DNA from: Paecilomyces variotii
Taxonomy: Eukaryota
NCBI GenBank assembly: GCA_004022145.1
Contig: RCNU01000007.1
Reading direction: 5' to 3' (one strand)
Length of the DNA stretch: 64,000 nt
Below the pieces are notes generated by a model. That model ran no database searches, was not told the DNA's origin, and saw only the letters and a program-made list of their open reading frames with translations. The position numbers were made by a program, and so were the translations under genes. Of the stretch, positions 26,201 through 37,605 are shown piece after piece; the first letter of the stretch is position 1, and every line of letters begins with the position of its first letter.

Positions 26201-26637
26201 GGAGACGTGCACGCTCTCAGGGTCTTTTTTCCAGGCGAGGTACATCTCGTCAATGTAGTTGGCGGTGTTACCCTGCAGGAACGAGTCGTTGGGGTCCTAT
26301 CACGACGCGAGACACGCATCCCAGTCAGCCAAGCTCTTGGTTTTCTCCCTTTTTCTGTTCCCCATCTGTCTCCGGATCGCGATATCCGCAGTCATGGATC
26401 GTAGTAGCTTACCACGCCCTTATCCGTATCCTCCGCAGATACCGCATACTGTCTCCGGCCGCTGTTCATCCGATCAATGACCGCGAGAGGTCTCCGAGCG
26501 GTCAGGTGCAGATTCGACCTGGCACCAGCAGGAGCATTAATCTTGGGGCTGGCCGCAATGGACAGGGCCCGACGACAGGCAAAGCAAGCGCCACCGCGCA
26601 GGCTGCCAGTGGCCTTGACCGCCGTAGTTCTCAACAT
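23211..26637 (-). CDS. KGD1: 2-oxoglutarate dehydrogenase E1 component, mitochondrial, 4 exons
   Basis: Mitochondrial presequence [72 protein letters not shown]; strong C/G third-position bias. Confidence 0.98.
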
Positions 26638-27124
26638 GGCGGGCGTTGAAATGGGGGTTTTTTCAGCTCTGTCCGGAACGAGGCCGATAAGAAGCAGAAA
26701 AGGTCGCAGAAAAACACGTCCGATGCAACACTGGCGCTCGGAACGGGAAGAGAATTAGCTTCAATCAATTCACCCCACAGAAGAGTGCTGTGGTGGTGGT
26801 CGAAGGGCTAGTTATGGTGGACAACGCCGGGGTGGATTAAACCGACGGAGCAAAGGAAGAGAATGATGTATGATCCGGGTCGAAAAACCAGGTGTTCGAC
26901 TTAGAGCTGCCGTGCCACCTGCAAGAACGCGGAAGTCATCAGAGAGAGTACACAACTCTCTTTACAGCAACGACAACAAGAAAGAAGGGAGAAATAGAAA
27001 GGGAAGAGGAGGAGAGGAGAGAGACAGGTAGATGATTAATCTTGAGAGAGTAACTAGGAAGGGAGAGAGAGAGAGAGAGAGAGAGCAAGAAGAAAGAGGA
27101 GAGATGTTCCGGGTCCGGGAGCAG

Positions 27125-27144
27125 CCAATGAGACCGGCACGGAT
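27125..27144 (+). promoter_or_regulatory. CCAAT-N12-GAT, candidate CBC:HapX site upstream of KGD1
   Basis: CCAAT GAGACCGGCACG GAT matches CSAAT-N12-RWT; further CCAAT boxes at 27235 and 27446. Confidence 0.4.
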
Positions 27145-27390
27145 ATGACGGGTTTTTGCTCCAAGTCCAAGTTACGCTGTGACGAAAAAAGTTCCCGAGC
27201 AGCGAAGCTGAGATGCCGAGAGAACAGCGAGACGCCAATCCGGTTATGCGCATATCCACGCACCGCGTCCTGACTGGATCAGAGATGGATATAGTAGTGC
27301 TTAATAGCTTATACCCTCTGCTAGTTATAATAACCAACTGAACTAGATACCAGAATTAGCCATGTATGTCCGGACAACAGCTGTACGCAA

Positions 27391-27391
<1 letters not shown>

Positions 27392-27422
<31 letters not shown>
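27392..27422. repeat. (AAT)~10 microsatellite
   Basis: TAATAATAA... run. A (GA)n tract lies at ~27062-27085 and a (TAA)n tract at ~11229-11246. Confidence 0.9.
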
Positions 27423-27424
<2 letters not shown>

Positions 27425-27878
27425 GACAATAATGAGAATGCCACGCCAATAATCAGGCTGTTCCAAAATCAATTGATCCTAAGAGGTAGACATCTGGCGG
27501 TAGCACTAGTTAAAACGAGTAATTAGTAATTACTGTTTATCCGCCCTCTAGTTAACTATACCAATCCCAACGTTCCCATCCGTAGTTATATACAGACCCC
27601 CAAGATCAGGGTCCCCCAAGCACAAAACACGTCCCAAAAATATTTCCAAAAAGTCTATCAGCCAAAATTAAACTCCTTCTCGGTCACAATAAGACCACCG
27701 TTTGCTTACTCGTAAGCTTCACCAACAGAGACTCGTACAAGGATTCATTATTCGTAGGTCATCGCAGCCACTCGATCATCCCAAAAAAATAGTATCAAAG
27801 AGGATGAAAGCCGGTAGGACGGATCCAAGAAGTTGAGTGGAAGGCGGCCAGTTTGGCAGACACATCAGAAAATCCATC

Positions 27879-30800
27879 TCAGATGCGACCTTCCTCGAGC
27901 ACCTCCCGTTGATAGACCTCCATCTCGCCACTGTCACTCGGCCGCCGTCGCTCCAGCACCCACTTGCTTGAGCCATCCTCGTCGGTCTCCTTGATGTAGC
28001 TGACGCTGGCCGAGCTGCTGTTGCGACTGTGCGACGGGCGCGGTCGGTTGTTCGTCGTCGGCGACCGCACTTCCCCCTCTGCCACCACCGGCTTGGGGAG
28101 CTTCTGATAGAAGCTGCTCGTCAACGTGGGGCTCGTTGGGGACCCTTCTTCGTCCGAGAAGGGCAGCGGAGAGATGGGGTTCATGGCACCGGGAGAATCG
28201 ACCAGAGTGTTGGCGGGATCCATGAACGCAACGCAGGCACTATGGAAGCTGGCGCGGTTCGACGGAGGCTGTTGCGGCTGCGGGGAGGGACTGGCACTGC
28301 TGCGAAGACTGCCATTGCTGCCTCCAAATGCTCCGCGGCGAAGTTTCATCAAGGCATTCAGTGACATCTCGTCATCCATGCCGCCCATGTCCACCAGTTG
28401 GGCCAACCCGGGACTCGACAGGGACGGGTTCGAATGCGCCGCCCCGTGAGCGGTCAGCGAGATGATCGAGTTCCTCGTGCTCCATTCACTGCGCTCCGTG
28501 ATGGGAGTCAGACTGGGTTCCCGGAAGTTCACCCGTCCACTGTGGCTGCGGTGGACGCCCTCAATGCCTCGCGGTAGGAAATAGCCGCCGTTGACCATTT
28601 CTGAAGCTCCATTCCCGTATGCCTGCGGGTAAAAGCCGAATTCTCGGCCATAGAAGCCCTCGTCATCATTCTGAAGAGCCTCCGCATTGGCTTCTGCAAT
28701 AATAGGGTCATCGTCGAATCCGTCATCATCGTAGTTGAATCCATCGTCGTCGAAGATGTCGTCAAAGGCCATCGTATCCACGGTTTGGGTCTGGCTCAAG
28801 CGACTGTCGTCCGACACCAGCCCCGGATGAGACTCGACCGACCGAGTCGTGCTCTCTCGACCCAGGGACACTTCACTGACGCTGCTGGTTCGCTGAAGAG
28901 CTGCGTCGCTGGCCGCCTTGGCTAGAGCATTATGGAATACCTCCAGGTTGTGCTCGGAGAGCACTCCTACATGTGAGGTTGGGGACGTCATGCTGGGAAT
29001 ACGTTGCGGCAGGCTACTCTGCATGGGCCGAGACCCAAAATCACTAGCCAAGCTGGGAACATGCCGCAGGTTGCCGTTCATGATGGGCTCTTCATCCGTC
29101 GTTTGGGAGGTGTCTTGTAACGGTTCACTAGGTGCGATCTGCGCTTCAGGCACGGCGCCCAACGCCGGAGCGGATACTTTCCGGTCGTATAGATGACTGG
29201 TTTCATCGTCGAAGATGGACTCGTCAAACCGCTCTTCTCCAGTGTCCGCAGTGAGATCGTCAAACTCTTCGTCGTGGAAATAGAAGTCATCCGCGGACTG
29301 TTGATTCTCAATCTTACTCGCTCCGGGAACCTCTACTATCTCCCCTGGATTGCTCATGTCCACAGTTTCATGATTTTGGGGATCTTGCTTCCTTTCATCG
29401 CCTGCAGCATCTCCATAATCGGATACGGAGTTTGCCCGCTCTGCCTGTTCACCGTGAGGTTGGGAAACAGCATCCGGCCCGGTGCCGTCAGGATTCACGG
29501 GGCTCGCGATCACTGGAGGCAAGGAAGGCACAAAGAAGGTGTTCTTCACTATCTTCCCCGGACCAGAGAAGCCACGGAATTCCTCATCTTCCTCCTCATC
29601 AGGATCAGAATCAGCGTTAACACCAGGAATACGCTCTTCCAGTCCATCAATGTCGTCATCAAGGTCATAATCAAACTCGTCTTCATCGTCACTGTACTCG
29701 GACCGTTCCAGGTCTGCTTTGGCCCTTCGTGCTGCCTCCTTTTCTTTGTGCTTTTCTTCCAGTAGCTTTTCCTGAACAGATGAACCGACTCCAACCATGT
29801 CAAAGCTAAATCGCGATGCATTACTTCTGAGGTGCCTTGGAAGGCCAGTGGCTCGAGACTCCGTATTTCCTCCTTGCTGCTGATTTGGTGATGCACGCTT
29901 CGTAGGGCTGTGAGAACCACTTGACGATTCTGAGTCTTCGACTGGGCGCTCAGCTGCTTCTTCCGTATGTTCCGGTAACTGCGACGGCAGATTCTTTGCA
30001 AACGCAGGGACTGCGCCCGGGTCATGGCTGCTGGGCGGAGGTCCCGTTAAGAGTGATGACTGGAGATAACCTTTATTTTCAATCTGAAGTGCCTTTTGGT
30101 CGTCTTCAAAGTGCTCCTTGAAGACTGGAGAATGCTGACTGTGCCTCCTGTTAGAGTCAGTGGTCTGATACGGAGAAAGACCACTGCTTTGCTGACTGGT
30201 ATCCTGGGAACTAGCAGCAACCATGGAAACATTTCGCCGCTGTCTGGGCGCTGAGAAATCATGCACGATTTTGCCGCGGATTCGGGGATCGTAATCATCT
30301 GGGATGGCGGGAACTATCTTGAGCTCGTCCGGTTTTGCGTGGGCTAGCTGGGAGGATCGCCTCCGCGCCAGCAGGGACATAGGGTTCAGAAGATGCAGCT
30401 TCGTCTTCCCATGTTTCTGGGGAGCATGCTCTACAGGTAGCTCATTGTCACTATATCGCCGGGACCCGAAGTTGTCGGCCTTGAAATCCCTCGATTGCGC
30501 CCCCGCTTCCCCCGGTGAGTCTTCCGGAGACGATTTTAAGCGCAGTTTCTCCCCAACAATCCCACCATGCATAGAAGATCTTTTATGGCCGTCTGACGAT
30601 TGCGACTGGGGGTTTAGAAATCCTTTCCCAAAGGTGAGCCGCCACGGTGAGTTCGGTTTCGAGGATTCCGATTCGGAGTGCTCCTGACGGGAGGGAATCA
30701 CCGATTGCTGGGACAAATTCGATTGAGTTGTGATTGTAGGCTTCTTCTTCGTCTCATCTGGGCTCGAGTTTGGCCGCGAGAGACGTTCCAGTGTAGGAGA

Positions 30801-31097
30801 TGGCACTCGAAGGTTGACCGGAGATTGCTGTGTATCAGGGCTAGCAACGCCTGCCATCGGTTTGTTGGCGGTCCATCCCGGTGGATCCTCGCTCAATGGA
30901 ACGGGGGAATAGGTGTCAGATACGGCAGACGAGTCGATGATGGCATCAGCGAGTATAGGGGTTTGTGGGATCCCCGGGAGCTGCGGCGGGTTGTCCGATA
31001 AGTTCGCACTCGGTACGGGGAGCGGCGAGGTGGGAAGAGAGGAACTCGGTCGACGATGTTCCCTTCGCCAGTACGAGAAGACCGTGGATGGCGGCAT
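27879..31097 (-). CDS. Large intronless, mostly disordered hypothetical protein (1072 aa)
   Basis: Uninterrupted ORF with islands that look conserved (LLNPMSLLARRR, DDYDPRIRGKIVHDFSAPR, SRFSF, EPSLTPITERSE, WVLERRR) among acidic and Ser/Pro-rich tracts. Confidence 0.85.
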   Translation of the reverse strand: MPPSTVFSYWRREHRRPSSSLPTSPLPVPSANLSDNPPQLPGIPQTPILADAIIDSSAVSDTYSPVPLSEDPPGWTANKPMAGVASPDTQQSPVNLRVPSPTLERLSRPNSSPDETKKKPTITTQSNLSQQSVIPSRQEHSESESSKPNSPWRLTFGKGFLNPQSQSSDGHKRSSMHGGIVGEKLRLKSSPEDSPGEAGAQSRDFKADNFGSRRYSDNELPVEHAPQKHGKTKLHLLNPMSLLARRRSSQLAHAKPDELKIVPAIPDDYDPRIRGKIVHDFSAPRQRRNVSMVAASSQDTSQQSSGLSPYQTTDSNRRHSQHSPVFKEHFEDDQKALQIENKGYLQSSLLTGPPPSSHDPGAVPAFAKNLPSQLPEHTEEAAERPVEDSESSSGSHSPTKRASPNQQQGGNTESRATGLPRHLRSNASRFSFDMVGVGSSVQEKLLEEKHKEKEAARRAKADLERSEYSDDEDEFDYDLDDDIDGLEERIPGVNADSDPDEEEDEEFRGFSGPGKIVKNTFFVPSLPPVIASPVNPDGTGPDAVSQPHGEQAERANSVSDYGDAAGDERKQDPQNHETVDMSNPGEIVEVPGASKIENQQSADDFYFHDEEFDDLTADTGEERFDESIFDDETSHLYDRKVSAPALGAVPEAQIAPSEPLQDTSQTTDEEPIMNGNLRHVPSLASDFGSRPMQSSLPQRIPSMTSPTSHVGVLSEHNLEVFHNALAKAASDAALQRTSSVSEVSLGRESTTRSVESHPGLVSDDSRLSQTQTVDTMAFDDIFDDDGFNYDDDGFDDDPIIAEANAEALQNDDEGFYGREFGFYPQAYGNGASEMVNGGYFLPRGIEGVHRSHSGRVNFREPSLTPITERSEWSTRNSIISLTAHGAAHSNPSLSSPGLAQLVDMGGMDDEMSLNALMKLRRGAFGGSNGSLRSSASPSPQPQQPPSNRASFHSACVAFMDPANTLVDSPGAMNPISPLPFSDEEGSPTSPTLTSSFYQKLPKPVVAEGEVRSPTTNNRPRPSHSRNSSSASVSYIKETDEDGSSKWVLERRRPSDSGEMEVYQREVLEEGRI

Positions 31098-32578
31098 GAT
31101 AGCTTCCGTGATGGCTCTCTCCTACTCCTAGGCCCTTTGTTGTGCCCCCCCCTGAAGATGGTCAGTGTGTTTGTGGTGCGCTGCAGATTTTCATGGCTGT
31201 TGTGGTGGCCATGCGATTGCGCTGATTCTAGATGAATCGCAAGATAAAGCCGGCCGAGTCTTTCCACCCCCCGTAAGCCTGGAGAGTGTTTCAACACCAG
31301 AAATGACCGATGGGACAGACTGGTCCTGTCTTCAAGGACATTCGATCTCGACGAGTCGGATGTTTCTAGTGTCAGAGGGCGGACTCGAGAGGGCGGATTG
31401 TCTACCAGTCTATAAGCCCGTTCTGAATCTAGAGCTCCGCAAGCGGGATGCCGGCCCCCGATGGGCGACGTAATCTCTCGAGCTGCAAAGTGCGTCTTTG
31501 TTTGGGAACAGAGCAAGAGTCTCAATGATACATCGACCACATCATGACGGGTAATAATAATTATAATAATTATGAGATTTTCATTCTTTTTAAGTTATGG
31601 TTTGCCGAACAGACGCTGACAGTGCCGCAAAGACTCCTCTAATCTTAAGTAGTACTCCAAGGCCGACTACGCGTTAACATAACTCCACGTGCCGCTAGAC
31701 ATGCCAGAGAAAAGCGCTCGTGCTGGTTAGGACTTGAGAGAGCCTAGTCCCCAGTCTAATGCTAAACCCCTCTTGCGCTAGTTATCGTCGATGATCGTTG
31801 ACACAGCAGAATTAAATACATCAGAGTCGTGATTCACATCCCCTCCTTGGCAGTTAAAACATCAGATTCCCTTCTGCGAGCTGTTTGCCAATTACCCCTT
31901 TGCTCCTAGATAGTCCCAGAATGGAAAGCCGCATAATTCCGCAAACGACCTGATCGGCCCTAACGGCGTGATAGTTGAGATGTATGATCCCAGCGAGAGA
32001 AAACGAAATATGCGGGAAATTGGAAGGGATAACATCTGATCTGTGACTGGAATCGGAAAATGCTTCCCTTATTAGGTGTTTGGAAACAATGAGATTGTTC
32101 ACATGTACAGGCCTTCATTCTGAGATAACATTAGGCGTCCATCAACTTGATTAACACGCTATATGTATTATGACATGCTACTTAGGCAGAGTAACTCTAG
32201 AAAACGAACATGGCTACCTAGTTAGTGGTCTCTGTAAAGAACCGAGAAAAGAACATAATCAAACATAATCCAGAAACGACAGTAATGATGTCAAGACCGC
32301 ATGCACTCAATTCCCTTTCGCGCCAGCTGCTTATGCTACTCATACAGTATCGATAATGATAATAAAAATAAATGACAACGCGACAGACGAAAAAAGAAAA
32401 GAAAATAAAAAGAGGAAGGAACTAGATCGGCAACGGATATCACAAACAAATCAGCAACAACACCGGTTTCTCCCCGCTCCCAACCAATTCTCCATGCTTC
32501 GTGCCAGCGAGTATGTACAGAGGATATTAGGGTTTTCGTTGCGCTTCAAGAAAAAAACAAATAATCTAACCGCATGCC

Positions 32579-35446
32579 CTATCTTACGCTCTGGCGCCAG
32601 CGGTCAATTACATCGCGCTGGCGAGGATCGATAGGCTGCTGCGCGACCATCATTGGCTGGTTCGCGTAATAGGGCATACTGTAGGTTAAATTGTTCATTC
32701 CTGGTGCGACTGCGGTGTTGTATACGAACGGGGTACTGTAACCGGTCATGGTTGGATATTGAGGTCCCGTTGCATAGGCATACGGAGGAGGATAGCCAGC
32801 TGCGGCGTGGTTGAGGCTCGTGGGTAAGGTGAACATGGACATGCGGTTAGTCTGGGTTTGCTGCGGCGCGGGTGCTCCGCGGCGGGAGTTGTCCTGCGAT
32901 GGCTTTCGAGCGCCAGGAGCAGGGTGAGCTTGCAGGATATCTGCCATGCTTCTGCGGTATCTCGGTGTACCGAGATCTGCGGATACAGACTGTCGTGCCT
33001 TGGCCTCCTGTTGCAGGCGTCTTCGGCGCTGGCCCAGAGTCTCCTCTTGCGGTTGTTCGGCGTCGGCTTTCTTCTCCGTTCCTTCGTCGGTTTTGTTCTC
33101 AAAGTGAGCCAAGACTTCACTGGCGAAGTCACTGCTGATGACAGTGCTGGCCCGGTTCTTCTCCTTGAGACGTTGAAGGCGCTGTGCCAATGTCTCGTTC
33201 TCATCGCCGCTTTCTGCTTCCTCAGGCTTCGGTATGTCTCCAGTGTGCATGGTGCTCGCCCGTCTCATAGCACTGGGGCCGCGGGGAACGACAGGCTCAC
33301 CACGGAGCCTTGCACGGCGTTTGCTCAACGGCTCATTTTCTTCCAGCTCTCGCTTTTCCATGAGACCCAGCGGCCGGTTCTCATCGGCCGCGGAGCTCTT
33401 GCCGGGAAACAACACACCAAGAGGTACATCTTCGTCCTCCTCACCGTCCTGCTTATGGACATCCGGGTGTTCCCACGCAAGAGTGACCGGCCGCCGCTGT
33501 CTTGATTTGCTCTGGACTTGTGCGACGGTATCCAGCTCCAAGAGAGTCGAGTGCAGGCCATTGGGGAACGCAGTAGCGGCCGTTCGTCGCCGCTGTTTTT
33601 GCTCCTGTTTCCTCATCTCAAGCTCAGCCAGAAGGGTGGTCGGAGGTCCAACATAGGCGAGCTCATCTTCGCCTCCGTCCCCTTCCTCGCCCTCCTCAGA
33701 GCCGTCAGACTCTTCCTGGCCGCTATGAGCACCGGCGTGACGATCACCGTTTACATCATGTAGATCGTAAGTTGAAGAGCGGAGCGGTGTGTCTTCGAGA
33801 TTGTTTTCAGCCAGCTCAGCTTCTGTCTCAGATGCCTCACCGCCTTCCTTTCTTCCGGGCGAAAGAGCGCTGCTGCGCAGACCAAGGATGCTCTTCCGCT
33901 TCTTTTTCTTTTCCGCCAGATTCCTGGAAGATGCATTAGCCTGGCTACGTCCGTAGACCTCTGACCCCACGTGGCCAGCGAACGGGTGGTCCGTAAACGC
34001 AGTGACAGGTGCATCTGCAGACGCATCGAGTATACTCTCGAGCGTTGCAACTGCAGATCCGTTCTGCATTTTGATATCCAAATGCGACGCGGGCTGTGAG
34101 AAGAAGACACTTGCCCGTAGCTGCGACGGAAGCTTCGACAGCTTGTTACCGGCTTTGTTGTCCTGTTCTTGATGCTCGCTTCCTGGGAGCCCCACGACCG
34201 ATTTCCTGTTATCGGAAGCCAGGGCACCCAGAAGTTGCGTGCGCCTTTTCTCCAGCTCAGAAACAGGAGGTCTTTGTGATAGTCGTGGCGGCAGGTTCAA
34301 CATCATGGGAACTGGAGCGGGATAGTAGACCATGTTCTGTCCCGTAGGGGGCTCGTCGTAGCGTTCTGCTCCGCTCGCCAAGGGCGGCCTGTCGAGTGAG
34401 ACACTTCGTGCGGAGGGAACACAATGAACGCCATCGAAGTCCCTGAACAACGTGAGCGCCTGTCGGTATGTGTCGCCGGACGCTGCTGTGGGCGGACGGT
34501 CCGGATAATCTTCGGGCTGGTATTCGTTCTGTACATATTCATGCTCGGCGTAAGACTGCTGGAATGAATGATTATCCTCTTGGGGGTGAGACCGTGGTTG
34601 TGGAGGGGATAGTATAGGAACGGCTGTTGGTGTCGGAGCCGCTGGTGCATATTCATCCTCCTGTTCTGGTTCGTGTACCTGCGCCAACTGGGAGCTGACG
34701 GATGTCGAACGTAGACGCAATGCCCCCTGAGAGAAACTGCCGGACATGATGGAGCCTCGTGGAGATGAGACAAACCCTCCCGGGGAGTAGCCACCGCTCC
34801 TGGCTGCATTGTTCAGACTGATGATAGAGTTGGAGACGGATGCCGACGAGAATTTCCTTGTCAGGGCTTCCGTGCCCGGGGGCACCGCAGAAGAAGCCGA
34901 CGAGCGTCTCTTTAGCTCCTGATCCATCTTGCGAAGCTCGTGTCCAATGTCTGAGGTCATGCTCAGACGCTCCGCGCTCTTCTCCAGTCTTTCCACATTG
35001 CTCACATATGCCCCTTGTAACGACTGTAGATCCGGGGTCGGATGACGAAGAGAAATCGAGTGATTGCTGGGAGAGCGTATCAGCGGTTCTGGTGACGGCG
35101 AACGAGGCCGTGAACGGGGGTTCGTGTCGACTCCAGCGACGGGCCCGCTTTGGTGCGAGTTAGACCTTTGGTCTGGGAGATCGGCGGCTTCATAGTCATC
35201 ATCGTCCAACATGTCATAGTTGTTCGACGTGATAGATCGGATCATCGACCCCAAGCGACCGCTGCTTGATCCTTGCTCTGTTTGAGATGCTTCCAGGAAC
35301 CTCCCTCCGCCCAGATTGTCGACGTCGAGGGAGACCGGCTGGAAGGCATCGTTCTTGGATGGCGACGGGGGTGGACTGCCTGCATTAGAACTCGTCGCGT
35401 TGGAAGCCACCTCGTGGTCGACCTGAGCAATGGCGTTGTAAGCCAT
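32579..35446 (-). CDS. Large intronless, mostly disordered hypothetical protein (955 aa)
   Basis: Uninterrupted ORF; motif islands LRHPTPDLQSLQGAY, FRDFDGVH, YYPAPVPMMLNLPPRLS, LRASVFF, TLLAELEMRK, IDRWRQSV. Confidence 0.85.
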   Translation of the reverse strand: MAYNAIAQVDHEVASNATSSNAGSPPPSPSKNDAFQPVSLDVDNLGGGRFLEASQTEQGSSSGRLGSMIRSITSNNYDMLDDDDYEAADLPDQRSNSHQSGPVAGVDTNPRSRPRSPSPEPLIRSPSNHSISLRHPTPDLQSLQGAYVSNVERLEKSAERLSMTSDIGHELRKMDQELKRRSSASSAVPPGTEALTRKFSSASVSNSIISLNNAARSGGYSPGGFVSSPRGSIMSGSFSQGALRLRSTSVSSQLAQVHEPEQEDEYAPAAPTPTAVPILSPPQPRSHPQEDNHSFQQSYAEHEYVQNEYQPEDYPDRPPTAASGDTYRQALTLFRDFDGVHCVPSARSVSLDRPPLASGAERYDEPPTGQNMVYYPAPVPMMLNLPPRLSQRPPVSELEKRRTQLLGALASDNRKSVVGLPGSEHQEQDNKAGNKLSKLPSQLRASVFFSQPASHLDIKMQNGSAVATLESILDASADAPVTAFTDHPFAGHVGSEVYGRSQANASSRNLAEKKKKRKSILGLRSSALSPGRKEGGEASETEAELAENNLEDTPLRSSTYDLHDVNGDRHAGAHSGQEESDGSEEGEEGDGGEDELAYVGPPTTLLAELEMRKQEQKQRRRTAATAFPNGLHSTLLELDTVAQVQSKSRQRRPVTLAWEHPDVHKQDGEEDEDVPLGVLFPGKSSAADENRPLGLMEKRELEENEPLSKRRARLRGEPVVPRGPSAMRRASTMHTGDIPKPEEAESGDENETLAQRLQRLKEKNRASTVISSDFASEVLAHFENKTDEGTEKKADAEQPQEETLGQRRRRLQQEAKARQSVSADLGTPRYRRSMADILQAHPAPGARKPSQDNSRRGAPAPQQTQTNRMSMFTLPTSLNHAAAGYPPPYAYATGPQYPTMTGYSTPFVYNTAVAPGMNNLTYSMPYYANQPMMVAQQPIDPRQRDVIDRWRQSVR

Positions 35447-37605
35447 TGAGGTAGATGGAGACGCAGGAGCCGCAGTCGTGTTCCATCAAGAAACACATCC
35501 GCACGAGCCAGAGAGAGTCGTGTGAGGGCCAGAGGAGGGAGCGGCAGTCGGGATGAGCCAGATTTAAAAGAGAGAAGACAAGAGGGAGCGTAACACCAGA
35601 TCAGCAAGGATTGATTCACTGGACGAATCTGGGCCTTGAGGAATAAGACAAGCGCTTGTCTCTCCCGACGACAGGCTAAATTTGGATGGAGAGGTGGGCA
35701 CGAGCGAAGTTGACTAGAGTACTAGTATTATTATTATCGGGAGCTTTTCTTGGTTGAGCTCTTTGAACTTTCCAAGGAACCCCAGAGGAACCGATCGTTG
35801 GCTTTTTTGGTTGCCGGCCACATCCAACCAAAGCGCCATCCGTGTGGAGCGCATGCTGTGGCCATTTGCACATCTGGCGTTCTAGAATGACCGCGGCCCG
35901 TGTGAGCTTGTCGATGTTTACCGTGCTAGGCCTGTACACAGTGGGCACTGACCGGTTCTACAGAAGATATCGTTTTAACTAACTATACAATCGTCTATGC
36001 TTAGAGTCCCCAACAGTTCAGCAGATCATTTGGCCGACCAGCACACACCTCTGGAGCAGAGCAGCTGGAGCAAGTAAAAATAACAACCATTAGACTACAC
36101 CGCGAGAGCGACTCCAGTCTCATACTCGATGCGCCAAGCGTCGACTCTACATTCCAGTGCCTTCCAAACGCTGCCAAACGGTATCTGACAGCCTGTGAAA
36201 AAGGAGCCGGAAAACACAGCCAGGTTCTCGAATTTGCTGCAAAATCCCCGGTCTCTCGTCACGCTGTCATGCTCTCGAACAGAACATCATCTTATCTCGC
36301 ATGTATTAGCATAGCTGCGGGTGGTCGAGGGCCAGGGATCCGCTCAGGGCGAAGATCTTCGACGGGTCTCCTGCCACAGGCAATCATCCCCAGGCGGAAC
36401 CAAACTCCCGCCATATCAGAAATTTCGTATTCTCGTGGGCCCTGACTCTCTTTTTCTGTGCCTCTGCTTGGTTTCCAGTCTATATTACGTTTTTGGTTGA
36501 AATCTGACTGCCACTGCTTTTACGCGTTGTTGCTGGGACGCTGGGAGCATGCCACTGTCGACGCAGAGCCTGTCAATCTCACGCTGAGCTCACAGTAGTT
36601 AACTAATGCTAAGTTGTTAACACACCATCCTCGAGTCAGTGCACATCTGCGCTAGGTTATCTCTCTAGTATCTTGCCAGATGGTCAAGAGATATCGGCGC
36701 CTAAGCTCATACGGGTCGATAACGTTGTTCAAACGCTGTCGATAGCAGACCCTGGGCATAGATCGTCGTTGGAAAGATAAGCTAGGTCCCTGAAAAGAGA
36801 GGTCACCCCTCGCGCGCTGGTGGGAGGAAACAGCTATATTACTGCTGTTATCAGCCAGGACAGACGTGATTTGAACTCCCCGCCTACTGAGCATGAAGCT
36901 ACAATGCAGGCAGGCCGAAGCCAGGGGCTAACAAAGTATCAGATAACACCCAAACCAGCTTTCAAGTGGCAGATTCGGTGAGTCGATAAGAATGCCATCC
37001 ATGAGCAATCGAGAAAAAAGAGGGCAATGTTGACCAGCTTTAGCGCCGTGCCAAGACCCGAACAACTGCGCGCTGCTATCAGAATCCCGTCGTGAACAAG
37101 GAGTAGCAGCTGCTATTGCGATGATAATAGGATCGGATGCGTCGAGGACTGCGCGATATCACTAAGTTATCGTCATTTGATCGCCCCGCCAAAGAACCTT
37201 TCATTCTGCCAAGGAAAGGGGCCAATTGAAGTTCGTAGAGCAGAGGTTAATGGCGCAAGCCAGCTGAATTGGCGATATGGCTTCCTTAGGCTCGCCTCCT
37301 TGGCCGTTTTCCCAATTACGAGCCAGCAAATATCGCATCTCCTCTACACCGCACACGCAATCACCACAATTTTGATACCAAATGCATCGAGAGCACAGTA
37401 CTAGTAGATCCTGATCGGTACTTCTTACCTTAGAGCATCCTAAGACCCGAAGCATAAAACGTCACCAATGTAACATGTTGCTTCTGAAACTATTCTCGGA
37501 CTATTTAAACGATACTCTAGAGTCGGAACGATAATAGAGGTTAGAGTGGACTCAGTGGAGACGGGAGAATCTCGGCAAAAGTTAAGCTTCTGAAAAGGTC
37601 CTGAT

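Noticed and set aside
24233-26404. 723-aa plus-strand ORF
   Set aside because: Antisense shadow of KGD1 produced by its strong codon bias; no independent motifs.
26901-26939. Short uORF-like MTSAFLQVARQL* upstream of KGD1
   Set aside because: The same bases look like a branch point and acceptor of a 5' UTR intron; cannot be resolved without transcript data.
30893-31540. 215-aa ORF overlapping the start of the 1072-aa gene
   Set aside because: GTG start, out-of-frame overlap and no motif; probably 5' UTR.
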